Of a stretch of 64,000 nucleotides of DNA, positions 1 through 11,607 are shown piece by piece (the first letter of the stretch is position 1; every line of letters starts with the position of its first letter). Under the pieces are notes generated by a model that made no database searches, was not told the origin of the DNA, and saw nothing but the letters and a program-made list of their open reading frames with translations. The stretch covers positions 33,796,401 to 33,860,400 of the forward strand of contig CM120641.1 in the NCBI GenBank assembly GCA_051362555.1, given 5' to 3'. Origin of the DNA: Lingula anatina. Its lineage: Eukaryota > Animalia > Brachiopoda. The translations under genes were made by a program, and so were the position numbers.

Positions 1-660
1 CGTACTACTGAGTGTTTAATAATCCAAAAAAATGCAATGTCAAACACTGTTTTAATTTATTTCAGATTCCCTTTTATATCATATGACCAAAACGGGAAAA
101 TTTTTGGTCATTTTTTACTTTGGACTCGGTGGTGATATTTGGTTTCTATTTTCAGTGTTTATCTTCACTTACACCATTCTCTAACATAGTGATAAAATAA
201 TTCTTTGATCATATGTATGTAATTTGTTAATTAGCAATATGTGGGAAAATCTGAAAAGTGCCCAGGATTGTAAAAATGCCCATATCTAAGTGAAAGAATC
301 TCTGTGACTCTAGTAGAGGATTTCAAAAGTTTCCTTAATTAATTCAGATTTAATGCATGCAAGTTTCTTTATTTATTGCTAATATGTCTTTGATTTGAGT
401 AATAAGTAAAATAGTTGAAACAACTAGTTATAATATTTAGCTTTAAACAAGATCCCCTTGAGATAAGAATACTTAAATGACAGAAAAACATATAAATGAC
501 AAATATAATTGAAAAAGAAATCAAGTACTGTTTTGAAAAAATCATTTTGAGCCTCCATATAATCAAGCCATTTAAATTTATGAGCAGGAATAAGTGAAAA
601 TTTGAAAAATAAAAAAGATGGCAACAGTTCCATGTATGTTGTTGGCGAAACGCCACTTAA
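1..660. mobile_element. Possible DNA-transposon end within the Ddc-like intron
   Basis: The stretch ends ...gaaacgccac|TTAA, resembling a TTAA-target transposon terminus (Kolobok-like, RR after TTAA on the minus strand). The other end is not in the window. Confidence 0.3.
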
Positions 661-683
661 TCAATTCTGTTGACTGGTCTTAC

Positions 684-1865
684 CTGAATGACCCCGCCCC
701 CTTTGCCTCCAGAGCAGAATAGAAACTGCTCTGGCAAATCCAGCATCTTCCCCAACCAGTCCATCATAATCATCTCCAGCTCTGTGCATGCCGGATTGGC
801 TGTCTGGGAAAAGAACATAAGCCCGTGTTTTCCTTTATTAATAAGAAAATAACAAAAAGGTCTTTGCTTCACCCTGAGTTTCAGAGGGCTGGAAACTCGC
901 CTCATTGTGCGTGCTTTCAGCATGCATGGCAGGGACAAGCTGGTAACATATAGATGTGAGTTTCAAGTCACACATGGATCTCAGACAGCTTGATTTAGAT
1001 GTCTTGAAGAGTCTCATTTCTAATGGTATCGAACAACAAATAAAATACAAGTCAGTTTCCAGCCCCCCCTCCCCCCCCCCCCCCCCCCCCCCCCCCACTT
1101 TTGTGAAATCTTGGGTCCTCCGGTGTACAGTAGAAAAATCAGCTTACTCAGGTAAATCCAAGACCACCCATAGCATCGGAGAGCATGTCGGCACAGATGG
1201 CAGCGTAGGATCTGACTGAAGGGAAATAGCCATGGAACTGCGGGTGATTCCAGTGCGTTGTCTAGAGTATTGTTTGATTTAGATTAGACACAAAATATAT
1301 AAATCGTGCCAAAAATATAATATAGAGATTATTAACCATCAACTTCTTAGCAGAAATGTTACAAACAATATTCTATTTCATATACAACATTTTTTGTATG
1401 ATTATGATTTTGAATTAGATTTCTGTGATTTAGCTGCCTTTTTCTCAAGTGAGGAAACCGACTAAAACGAAGCAATTCAGATTCAATTAAAAAACAATCC
1501 TCTTTAAACTACAACCCTTGTACACTAAACTATTGCTCATCTCTTAAAGACAGTAAAGCCAATATACTAAAAATCAACTGTATATTTTGCCATGTGTATT
1601 TTATATTTAGCCGCGTGGCGCATGCGCAAACGATAATTTACCTGTGTGCCTATAAGCACTTACCCCAGGCATAATAACCCGCTCTAAGTCACCAATAACG
1701 TCCTTTCCATGACTCAGCAGTATCTGGGGCAGTTTCCGGAAGGAGCTGGCGCTTATATCCGGCTATGCAGGATATACTGGACGATTCTGCACATTCTCTA
1801 AGTAATATATCAGCCACCATGTCTACTATTTCTTTCCCACGAACACGGAACTCTGCAGCATCCAT
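684..1865 (-). pseudogene. Aromatic-L-amino-acid (DOPA) decarboxylase-like pseudogene, first three coding exons (1664-1865, 1148-1261, 684-803); any further exons would lie beyond the left edge
   Basis: Exons translate to MDAAEFRVRGKEIVDMVAD..., TTHWNHPQFHGYFPS...ADMLSDAMGGLGFT* and [40 protein letters not shown]. These are typical group II PLP decarboxylase (DDC/TDC/HDC) motifs, with GT-AG boundaries. The first exon has indels (202 nt, stop in the ATG frame). The second ends in TGA where the conserved Trp of GF[ST]W is expected. Confidence 0.88.
1063..1096. repeat. Poly-C tract
   Basis: About 33 C with one interrupting T; it explains the poly-Gly/poly-Pro ORFs. Confidence 0.95.
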
Positions 1866-3802
1866 TTGGCTGTCAATTGCCTATGAAAAAATAACAAAGA
1901 GTAGCTTGCGTTTTGGTATCTATATCAGCAACAACTAAACTTTTTCAACGCTGTTTAAAAGGAAAGATCATGAAAGATGGAACATTGCGACATATGCGTT
2001 TTTCAGTCCAGGATACAACTACAAGGATTTCAGAAAGAGGCGATAAAATATGAAGCAAGAGTAGTTAATTCTGGTAACAGGTACGGCTTACACGAGTTCA
2101 ATGTTAAACTGTTTTTAAAGAGACTTAACGTCGGTCACTCGTTTGGCACGACGTTTCGGCCCTTCGCACGAGGACCTTGATTACATTTAAAAATCTATGA
2201 AGATACTCTTTTACGCGCTTACGAATAGCATCTGTTTGTGACTTCTGTAACTACTAAATACCTTGAGGAAAATTCACAATAAATGTTCTCTTAAAACCAA
2301 TGATCACATCAACTTATGAATTGAACTCATTTCGTATACTGACCCCCATTCTAAAATTACCTGTACAAATCGCCAGTTTTCCAGAAAAACGCTAGAAAGG
2401 GGTACGCGTACAACCTCCTTCGACAGACAATCAACTGTGAAGGCAGAGGTTAGATTATTGTAGCACAAGGGTGCGTGAAGAAATTCATTTTGGATTTTGG
2501 TTTTGGATTACCCTCCACCACAGGGTCACAGCTTGATTTTTTGCTAGGTATTCACAGATATGTATCTGGTTAAATTGACGGCAATTCCCTGCACTGTGTC
2601 AGAAAAGTCCACATAATATAATATGAGGTCCTGGTAGGTGGTAATTTTGGCTTGGAACCGTGTTAACTGGCCTCGGTTGTCCTCAGGGAATTGAATGGCA
2701 AACATGGAATTTCCTAAATAGCTTTCAATTACCATAAAGTGGACTCTCACCACTATTTCAGCCTAATTATACACTAAGCATTTTCTAAACGCATTCCTTT
2801 ACTGTGGAGAATCATATTGATGCATTTTGATACAACCAAAATGGCTTTAACAGTCAGAAAAATAATTTCCACTAAAACTGGCTCATGGTATTGACGTACA
2901 TGTATTTATGAGCTCATTACAAATTCTAGATGTTTTGCTGATTTTTTGCTGAACTCTGGTTGATTTTCCCCACATCAAGGAATAACAAAGCTGATATAAT
3001 TTGATTGTTGCCACAAAACCAAAAGAATAGCAAAAATCCCTAATAACCTATTTATTTGAATGGACATATCAGTGATATACAGGGTTTTACGCTTTCCATT
3101 ATTAAGTAACAGAAATATTCAGTGTTCATCGACTAAATTAGGTTAACATAAACACTCATGTTTGCGATTTTGGAGTAAAAATTGAAAAATATGTTTCTCA
3201 AGGTTCTCCTTTACCACAGCACCAACGAACACGGTTTCAACGCCAATTTAATGACACCATTTACTACTCCAAAACCCTGCCAGCAATTTTTCTAAAAAAA
3301 ATTAGTTCATACTGCATTGTTGATAAAGCAAAATACTGCCTTTGTTTCAAGAAAATCTGTAATGAGGGGCTAATAACTCCATAACAAAAAATATTTAGAC
3401 AAAAATGACGGCACGGAACTGTTAATTCTAGGTGCTCTATTCCAACTCATTAAAGTCTTTATTGTGGCAAGTTATTCCCAAATCGAAACGTTGCGCAACA
3501 CTGCAAAATCGTTTCTAAAATCAAAAATTTATTTATTTACTTAACATCGTCTGGTTTTATGGAAGAAATCGGTATGAAAGTAATTACAAAAGAGTAAATC
3601 AAGTTTAGAATATAATTTTTATTCAACTATCAAGTTAAATGATGAACAGTTGCATTCAATTCCAATAGGATTTGCAAGTAATCATTAATGAATTACTATA
3701 CGTAAATGCAATGGATTAAAAAACGGTAGTTTTACTGAAAGTTTATATTTTCCATTCCCGTCTTTATCATCTCACAACGAAACGCAAATAGCCCAGCAAT
3801 GT

Positions 3803-4122
3803 ACAAGATAAACAAATTTGCCAAAGTAATTCATACAGAAAGAGGCACTGAAGCCAAATTTTGATGGTCAGAGGTTGGTACCAGATGCTCTCGGGGCCGT
3901 GGGGAAAAACCCGTCTAAACCCTTCTTGGGGAATGCCGGGAAAGTGCCCAAGCCCGGATAACAGTTTTTACAGCGCCTTACAAGCTCAAGAATATCGTCC
4001 CGTTTTAGACAGCATGGCACGACTGAATAAACTTTCGTGACTACAAACTATTCTCTATATATACTATACAAGATAAACATATTTACCAAAGTAATTCATA
4101 CAGAAAGAGGCACTGAAGCCAA
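3803..4122. repeat. ~56-bp direct repeat (copies at ~3803 and ~4067)
   Basis: tacaagataaaca(a/t)attt(g/a)ccaaagtaattcatacagaaagaggcactgaagccaa occurs twice. Confidence 0.85.
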
Positions 4123-6733
4123 CCCGAGACATTTACTAGAGACTTAACACGAAACTAGTTTAAACTTTATCCAGGGGGGCAAAGCCATAAATAAAGTCGC
4201 TCAGTCCTGAAATTTCTAACGATAACATAAACAGACCATAAACAGATTCAAGTAATATGACCATAACTCGGGTATCTCAATGATTTAAACTAAACTAAGT
4301 TAACTCTGGATAAAATACCTAAAACTATAAAATTTCTAAATATTCATTTTGCCCTGAAATCGCCACTACCTATATGATACAAGTTGAGAATAAAGCAAGC
4401 TTGCTTCGAATTATTTCGCATCTCACATCACTGTTTGACCATCCATGTAAGTTTCAATTTGAATTTGGTTGATCCGGAGAAAAGGTGCATATATGATGAT
4501 GTGGATTTATTTGTCAAGCATAACACTTTAGAAAATCTGAATGTTAGTAATGTGATCTCTATCTTGAGAGATGATGGCATCCCTCAAGTAGAGCAGTGCA
4601 AAAAATAATGAAATATTTTCACATGTAAAACATTTCATTGCAGATTTTGCACAGGCTATCAATGTAAAATCTCTTCATGTAAAAGCGTTTACATGAAGTC
4701 AGATTTTACAAAGATGTGAGGGTTTATTAGTAAGGTTAGTGTGCAGGTCAAGACCTTCTCAAATGCCATACTGACAAAACTCCACATCATCAAAAGCACT
4801 AATTTCAGAAAAGACTACTGCACTAAGATTGAAACAAAACCCAGACGACCATAAGTGGTGGAAATGCGAATGTTTTTGTGAGCATAAAACTATCTGCATT
4901 TAGAATGCATACAGCAACTGGATATTCAATTAAAATCATTAACATGATTATTATTATTATATCTGAAGAGGTAGACTTAACACATTTTTATACATAACCA
5001 CGCCTCATCCTATTCAATTGGAATGCATGAAATTAAGAATGATCATTCAAACCTTCAGCCATTGTAATAAAACATCACTTACACAAGTGAAAAACAAAAC
5101 TTAGTGCAATTACACTCGACAAAAGTTTGTGACCAATGAAACCCAAATATTCTTATTATCCAAAAGCCCCAAGTCCATTACTAGTTTGTATTCCTATTAT
5201 ACTCTGCATATTGCTCTCCATTTCCATTGCACATTCTCTATATTTGTTTGCAGAACAAGTTGTATCCTTCAAAACCAAGACTGCTAGGACGTCCAATCAT
5301 CAATGAAAAAGGCTACAGGGGGCTCCTTGCTAGCGCTATAAAGCGTTTCACATCTTGGATATTTGGTCTACGGTTGAAGCTGTTTGCCTTCGGGCATCAT
5401 TTCTGGAAATCTCTTTTCGTAGCCTACAAATGAAATGTAATGTGTTCACTTAAAAGTCATTTCACCTTGAAATGTTACATGTTAAAATTGTTGGCTGTCC
5501 ATGCTACTTTTCTTAAGGAAAGAAAAAATAATAATATATGATTGAATTATTTAATAACTTATTTAGACACTTGGCTATTAGTTAAAGGATGCGATGTTTA
5601 GGAATGTGCTGGGCGCTTTTGCCAATTCTGTATATACAGACACTGCTCTAAGATTATTATTCTGCGAATTTTAAAGGATACGGTCTTTGATCACAGTCCA
5701 TAATAAGAAACAATACACTAATGATAATATACAAAAAAGTTAAGAACTGCTTTTCTTAAAGTTGTCGATCCCTAAGAACTTACAAACTTATCTAGCAAGA
5801 AGATCCCTCGCTCCTGAAGAAGAAGTGTTTCATCTGGTGGTTTGGATGTTGCAATCGACATTTTTGGACACCTCCACTTTTGGTAGCCTGCAAATTTGAT
5901 TAATAATTTTAAAATGTAATAAAAGCCAACAATTGCAATACGAAATGTGTTTAAAAAGTTTAATGGTTTTGATAAAAAATAGATATCAAGAGTACTTTTG
6001 TCACAAACTCTGAAAAAACTTATCATATATTTTGACATGCCACTGGCGACCTTCACACGTCTGTGACACAATGGAGTAAGGCAAAATTTAGAGTTTTAAC
6101 GACGGAAAAGGAACATTGCATTTGCTGTAACGGACCAGGAAAAACATCGATTGGGAGAGTGCTTAGATTCTACAAAAAGGAAGTGACTGGAGAACAAGAG
6201 ACATAAAGGAAGGAACGTGTTTTGCTTTCCCAAATAACATGAGTTACATGTACCTTTTGAGGCTTTCCATCTCAGTGAAACGTCACATTCTTCTGCTGTT
6301 CTCACATACAGCCACCTTATAAACAGACCATGGCAGGACTAAATCAGGCACCAAGGACTGATCGAAATAAACGAATGTGCCGCTCTTCTTGCACTTCTTT
6401 TGAAAACTGGGAACTAACAGGAGTTGCCATCACCGAGTTCTGTAAATAGAAACGAAAATGGAATAAGTTTTAAAAACCAAAGCAGTCTGCGTCCATTAAA
6501 ATTGTTTGAACCAGTACATTTCTAGAATGTGTCAATTTAGTAACGTGGTTGATAGATTTTTCTACAAGTTTTCAAAAGAGCTTTAGATTTGATTTAATTT
6601 ATTTAATTAACTGTTAAATCACAATTTTAAATGACAAGGTCTTGTTAATACAAATATTAATGCAATAGTCCATTCCTATTCAAATTTGTATTTGGACCAG
6701 TAAATCCAGATTCAGACTTCGAGATTTAAAGGG

Positions 6734-7046
6734 ATAATTACTCTTCGTATGATATCTTTATTTCACAATAAAAGCATTGTGAACAGCTCATAGAAATATA
6801 ATATATTGTTTTACCACAAAAACAGCAATTATAGCTATTATTCTGATATCTAAGCTTGTCTTTAGATCACGTGACTTCCATTGATGACTGTACTCTGTTA
6901 TAATCTCTTAAGAGATTTTAACAAAAAACCAAACTTTAAAAAAAACAGACTAACTTTGAATAAAAAATGGATTCATTAACCCTTGTTAAGTATGGGAACG
7001 TTGTTTACTCCAGGAAAATTCATTTTTTGGCCAAAACGAAGAGTTA
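6734..7046. mobile_element. MITE, ~315 bp (copy 1)
   Basis: Homologous along its length to 19338-19666; short terminal inverted repeat actcttcgt ... acgaagagt. Confidence 0.8.
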
Positions 7047-7051
7047 GGAAA

Positions 7052-7095
7052 GTAAGGCGGTCAAAACATTGCAGTAAGGCGGTCAAAACATTGCA
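7052..7095. repeat. 22-bp tandem duplication
   Basis: gtaaggcggtcaaaacattgca x2, directly abutting the minisatellite. Confidence 0.9.
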
Positions 7096-7096
7096 G

Positions 7097-7657
7097 TCAC
7101 CTCGTAGACGGACCATGGCAGGACTCGCTGGACGCTTCCCCAGTGCAGTCACCTCGTAGACGGACCATGGCAGGACTCGCTGGACGCTTCCCCCAGTGCA
7201 GCAACCTCGTAGACGGACCATGGCAGGACTCGCTGGACGCTTCCCCAGTGCAGTCACCTCGTAGACGGACCATGGCAGGACTCGCCGGACGCTTCCCCCA
7301 GTGCAGCAACCTCGTAGACGGACCATGGCAGGACTCGCCGGACGCTTCCCCAGTGCAGCCACCTCGTAGACGGACCATGGCAGGACTCGCTGGACGCTTC
7401 CCCCAGTGCAGCCACCTCGTAGACGGACCATGGCAGGACTCGCTGGACGCTTCCCCCAGTGCAGCCACCTCGTAGACGGACCATGGCAGGACTCGCTGGA
7501 CGCTTCCCCCGTGCAGCCACCTCGCAGACGGACCATGGCAGGACTCGCTGGACGCTTCCCCCGTGCAGCCACCTCGCAGACGGACCATGGCAGGACTCGC
7601 TGGACGCTTCCCCCGTGCAGCCACCTCGTAGACAAACCCTGGCAGGACTCGCTGGCA
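7097..7657. repeat. GC-rich minisatellite, ~10.5 units of 51-53 bp
   Basis: Unit cacctcgtagacggaccatggcaggactcgctggacgcttcccc(c)agtgcagc; it generates the repetitive ORFs on both strands. Confidence 0.97.
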
Positions 7658-7711
7658 ACAAAGATTGGTCGAAGTAGCTGTAGATGTGAGCCCTCTTCTT
7701 GCAGTTGTGTT

Positions 7712-9285
7712 CTGTAAACAGAAATAAAAACGAGATTAGATTTCTTTCATTTCTTAAATTCCACTCCCAAAAAAGAAAAAGATTACATACCTTATGGAGT
7801 GCAGTCGAAGTCCCACCGGTGGCGCTCATCATCTTCCATGTCCTGTAAACAGAAATAAAAAACGAGATTAGATTTCTTTCATTTCTTAAACTCCACTTCC
7901 AAAAAGAAAAAGATTACATACCTTATGGAGTGCAGTCGAAGTCCCACCGGTGGCGCTCATCATCTTCCATGTCCTGTAAACAGAAATAAAAAACGAGATC
8001 AGATTTCTTTCAATTTTTAAAGTCCAATTCCAAAAAGAAAAAGATTACATACCTTATGGAGTGCAGTCGAAGTCCCACCGGTGGCGCTCATCATCTATGT
8101 CCTGTAAACAGAAATAAAAAACGAGATTAGAATTCTTTCATTTCTTAAACTCCACTTCTAAAAAGAAAAAGATTACATACCTTAAGGAGTGCAGTCGAAA
8201 TCCCACCGGTGGTGCTCATCTTCTATGTCCTGTAAACAGAAATAAAAAACGAGATTAGATTTCTTTCATTTCTTAAACTCCACTTCCAAAAAGAAAAAGA
8301 TTACATACCTTATGGAGTGCAGTCGAAGTCCCACCGGTGGCGCTCATCATCTTCCATGTCCTGTAAACAGAAATAAAAAACGAGATTAGATTTCTTTCAT
8401 TTCTTAAACTCCACTTCTAAAAAGAAAAAGATTACATACCTTATGGAGTGCAGTCGAAGTCCCACCGGTGGTGCTCATCTTCTATGTCCTGTAAACAGAA
8501 ATAAAAACGAGATTAGATTTCTTTCATTTCTTAAATTCCACTTCCAAAAAAGAAAAAGATTACATACCTTATGGAGTGCAGTCGAAGTCCCACCGGTGGC
8601 GCTCATCATCTTCCATGTCCTGTAAACAGAAATAAAAAACGAGATTAGATTTCTTTCATTTCTTAAACTCCACTTCCAAAAAGAAAAAGATTACATACCT
8701 TATGGAGTGCAGTCGAAGTCCCACCGGTGGCGCTCATCATCTTCCATGTCCTGTAAACAGAAATAAAAAACGAGATTAGATTTCTTTCATTTCTTAAACT
8801 CCACTTCTAAAAAGAAAAAGATTACATACCTTATGGAGTGCAGTCGAAGTCCCACCGGTGGTGCTCATCTTCTATGTCCTGTAAACAGAAATAAAAACGA
8901 GATTAGATTTCTTTCATTTCTTAAATTCCACTTCCAAAAAAGAAAAAGATTACATACCTTATGGAGTGCAGTCGAAGTCCCACCGGTGGCGCTCATCATC
9001 TTCCATGTCCTGTAAACACGAAATAAAAAACGAGATTAGATTTCTTTCATTTCTTAAACTCCACTTCCAAAAAGAAAAAGATTACATACCTTATGGAGTG
9101 CAGTCGAAGTCCCACCGGTGGCGCTCATCATCTATGTCCTGTAAACATAAATAAAAAACGAGATTAGAATTCTTTCATTTCTTAAACTCCACTTCCAAAA
9201 AGAAAAAGATTACATACCTTATGGAGTGCAGTCGAAGTCCCACCGGTGGCGCTCATCATCTCCTTTGTCCTGTAAACAGAAATAA
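7712..9285 (-). repeat. Tandem array of 12 ~128-131-bp units, each an exon-intron cassette on the minus strand
   Basis: Minus-strand unit: ...ctaat..ttttttatttctgtttacAG|GACATGGAAGATGATGAGCGCCACCGGTGGGACTTCGACTGCACTCCATAAG|GTatgt... A 390-bp higher-order repeat is shown by identical ORFs at 8443 and 8833. Confidence 0.95.
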
Positions 9286-9619
9286 GAACGAACTCTAATA
9301 AAAAAATAATCCTGGAACGCATGCAATAATGCAATGACACTACGACTAGCCCACGACAGCAAAAAGGTGAAGTATCCTCCGAAGATCCCTGAGCGACGAT
9401 TCCTCGTGGGGAGAAGCGAAGGTTGAAGCTGGCCAGCTTAGAGAAACGCCGAATCCGCTGTCTAGACGTCTGCGTGTGCAAGGAACAATATGTCGAAGAG
9501 CGATACGTTGACGTAGAATGAGGAAAGATTCGGAGAAATGCGAGTCGACTCCTGTGTCCTTTGTGCTTGATACAGAACGCAGCACACGACGTCCTTCCTG
9601 TTGCTCTAGATCTGTCCGC

Positions 9620-9745
9620 AGTTGAGTGAACGCACTTTCAAAATTCCGCGCTTTTATACCTTTAGTCACGTGGTGGCGTTCCTGTTGTCACCACTAGTCA
9701 ACTTGTTCATAGGGGATGGTCTTTGATAGTGATACGCCAATTTGA
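9620..9745 (-). promoter_or_regulatory. Putative Pol II core promoter (TATA, Inr, E-box, CCAAT)
   Basis: Minus-strand TATAAAAG at 9651-9658; TCA(+1)CT at ~9627; GTCACGTG E-box at 9665-9672; CCAAT near 9738. Confidence 0.5.
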
Positions 9746-11569
9746 TTATAATATCTTAAAGACATAAATTTTATTTTATATTTTATATTTTGATTTTTTT
9801 GTTTATCATTTCATTTTATGGTAAGAGTATTAAGTACTAAGCAGTGACCTCGAAATGTAACAGACAGAGTAGATGACAATTTCTGAGCAACATATCCTCT
9901 CCCCAAAATTATGATAGGCACGATGTCGGTTATACTGGAAGCTGTGAACTTCTCGCAGGCCACTATATTGTGCGCGTGTATTCGAGCACTGATCCAAAAT
10001 GTGGATGACGTAATAGGGCGTAGAATGACTGCATTTTTGAGGTTCTGATTGTAGCGAATTGAAGTGAGTCATTTGAAAGTACGCTGGACTGGACATGTAC
10101 ATCCACCTCAGTTCTCTGAAACACATTTTGTAATCAAGAAATGAAATGAAAATAAGTTATTAGGTTTTACGAATAGAAAGAATAGCAGCAGTAAGTCATA
10201 TGAAAAATCTTGATTAACTTCTACAAGGCAGAAGAAACGAATGATTTTATTTTTGTATAAAAAACATCTATTGATTTAGGCAATAATTAAGAACGGGTGC
10301 CTTCCTTTTTGGCTTCAGGTGACCAGTACTCTTATGTCACTGGCTTGAGTAGAGAAAAAACAGAAAAAAAGATAATAAATACGAATAATAAGATAAAAAA
10401 AATTAAAAATGAATTTTTTCTCATTTGTACGTTTACTTTATCCATTTTAAACCATAGCTGGATTTTACACTTTTTAATATGCGTTTTAACATTGTTATAA
10501 GTCTCAGTGCTCACTGGCATCCTTTCTCATCTCTCTGGAAAGCATACAACCAAAGTTGCCGAAAACTAGAGTTTACATGCTAATAGGCCAATTGCTCATT
10601 ATCAGTGCTTCATGGTCGGGCACACAACAGTTCCATTTGTGTGTTTTCTCAGTGAGGTGGTCTCTGACTCCACTCTACCTAAAAATCGAACTCGGGACTT
10701 GTCTCGCCTTCCACGAGAACACTCGCTGATTCTCAATGTGTAGGTCCATTTAAGAATTTAAAACAGGAGAAATAATTGTTTATCCAAGTGGAATTTACTT
10801 AAATCAGTCTAGCTACTTAAATCGCTGCAAAAAATAATTACTAGATTTATCTGTTCTGACATAAAAACAAACAAAATGTAAACCATCGTTATTGTAGTTC
10901 GCAGCTCCATCTTGCATTCTCCAATCGATCTAGGTTATTTCTACTAAAGCACAAATGCAAGAAGTGAGTATGATGTCTAACGTCTCAGAAAATGTCTGTG
11001 TTTATGTTCATTTTAAATGGCGCAATATAGATTGCGGCTACGTCCGCGGTGTCACCTGGCTTTTAAAAACTGAAAAAAAAAATTGTGACATCTTTTGCTG
11101 CGGGTCATTATTTTTAGTTGTTTGATGTTTTTGTAATATTTTGGCCATACAAAGAATCTTCAATTACATCTATGATTAGCTAGACGATAGGCAGGACACA
11201 CTCAATTGTTTTAGACAAAACACGACAAAACCGCGTTCTCATGGAAAGTAATTTGCAAAACCTTAGTATTACCAGGCATTTAAAAATATATATACTTGAG
11301 GTTGAGAACAATATTCGTCAGTAAAATAAATGTGCTTCTCGTAATACCTCTTTTTTATACGGATTTTTTTTATTTTTGTTAGTATTAATAACGTGGGAAT
11401 ATTACCTAAAAGGGTTGTTATTTTAAAAACCTCTTTCCCTGAATACGATAACTTTATACTAGCAAGGCATGAATCGTAAGATGTTTTCATTGTTTACACA
11501 AAAGCTTGGTTTATCACTTTCTGTTACAAAAGGTATTAAAAAAGAGGAGATTTCGCTCCCCCCCCCCCT

Positions 11570-11606
<37 letters not shown>
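11570..11606. repeat. (CA)n microsatellite preceded by a C-run
   Basis: Directly visible. Confidence 0.95.

Positions 11607-11607
<1 letters not shown>

Larger units (their letters stand above)
5200..9627 (-). ncRNA. Putative spliced long non-coding RNA. Exons: GC-rich first exon from ~9627; 12 repeated 49/52-nt exons; minisatellite exon from 7711; 6254-6439; 5784-5887; terminal exon from 5423
   Basis: TATAAAAG lies 31 nt upstream of an Inr-like TCACT. Successive polypyrimidine+AG acceptors and GT donors are all on the minus strand, with no consistent long ORF. The donors of the first exon and of the minisatellite exon, and the 3' end, are not clearly identifiable. Confidence 0.5.

Noticed and set aside
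1148-1150. In-frame TGA as selenocysteine or readthrough
   Set aside because: It replaces a conserved Trp (TGG to TGA), and the upstream exon has independent frameshifts.
4440-4830. Weak inverted repeat (ccacatcatca arms) resembling an old MITE
   Set aside because: Too degenerate to define ends or a target-site duplication.
6976-7832. Long ORFs (219, 192, 175, 110 aa) on both strands
   Set aside because: They are by-products of a GC-rich 51-53-bp minisatellite. Unit lengths are mostly not multiples of 3, and the same peptides cycle through all frames.
7791-9269. TGATGA in the cassette exons as a C/D snoRNA C box
   Set aside because: It is exonic, has no paired CTGA D box or terminal stem, and is lost in some of the 49-nt variants.
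7097-9285. CRISPR-like repeat arrays
   Set aside because: Units are contiguous near-identical repeats with no unique spacers, there are no cas genes, and the context is eukaryotic.
10685-10720. GTTCGA B-box-like motif suggesting a tRNA or SINE head
   Set aside because: No A-box at a suitable spacing and no cloverleaf could be built.
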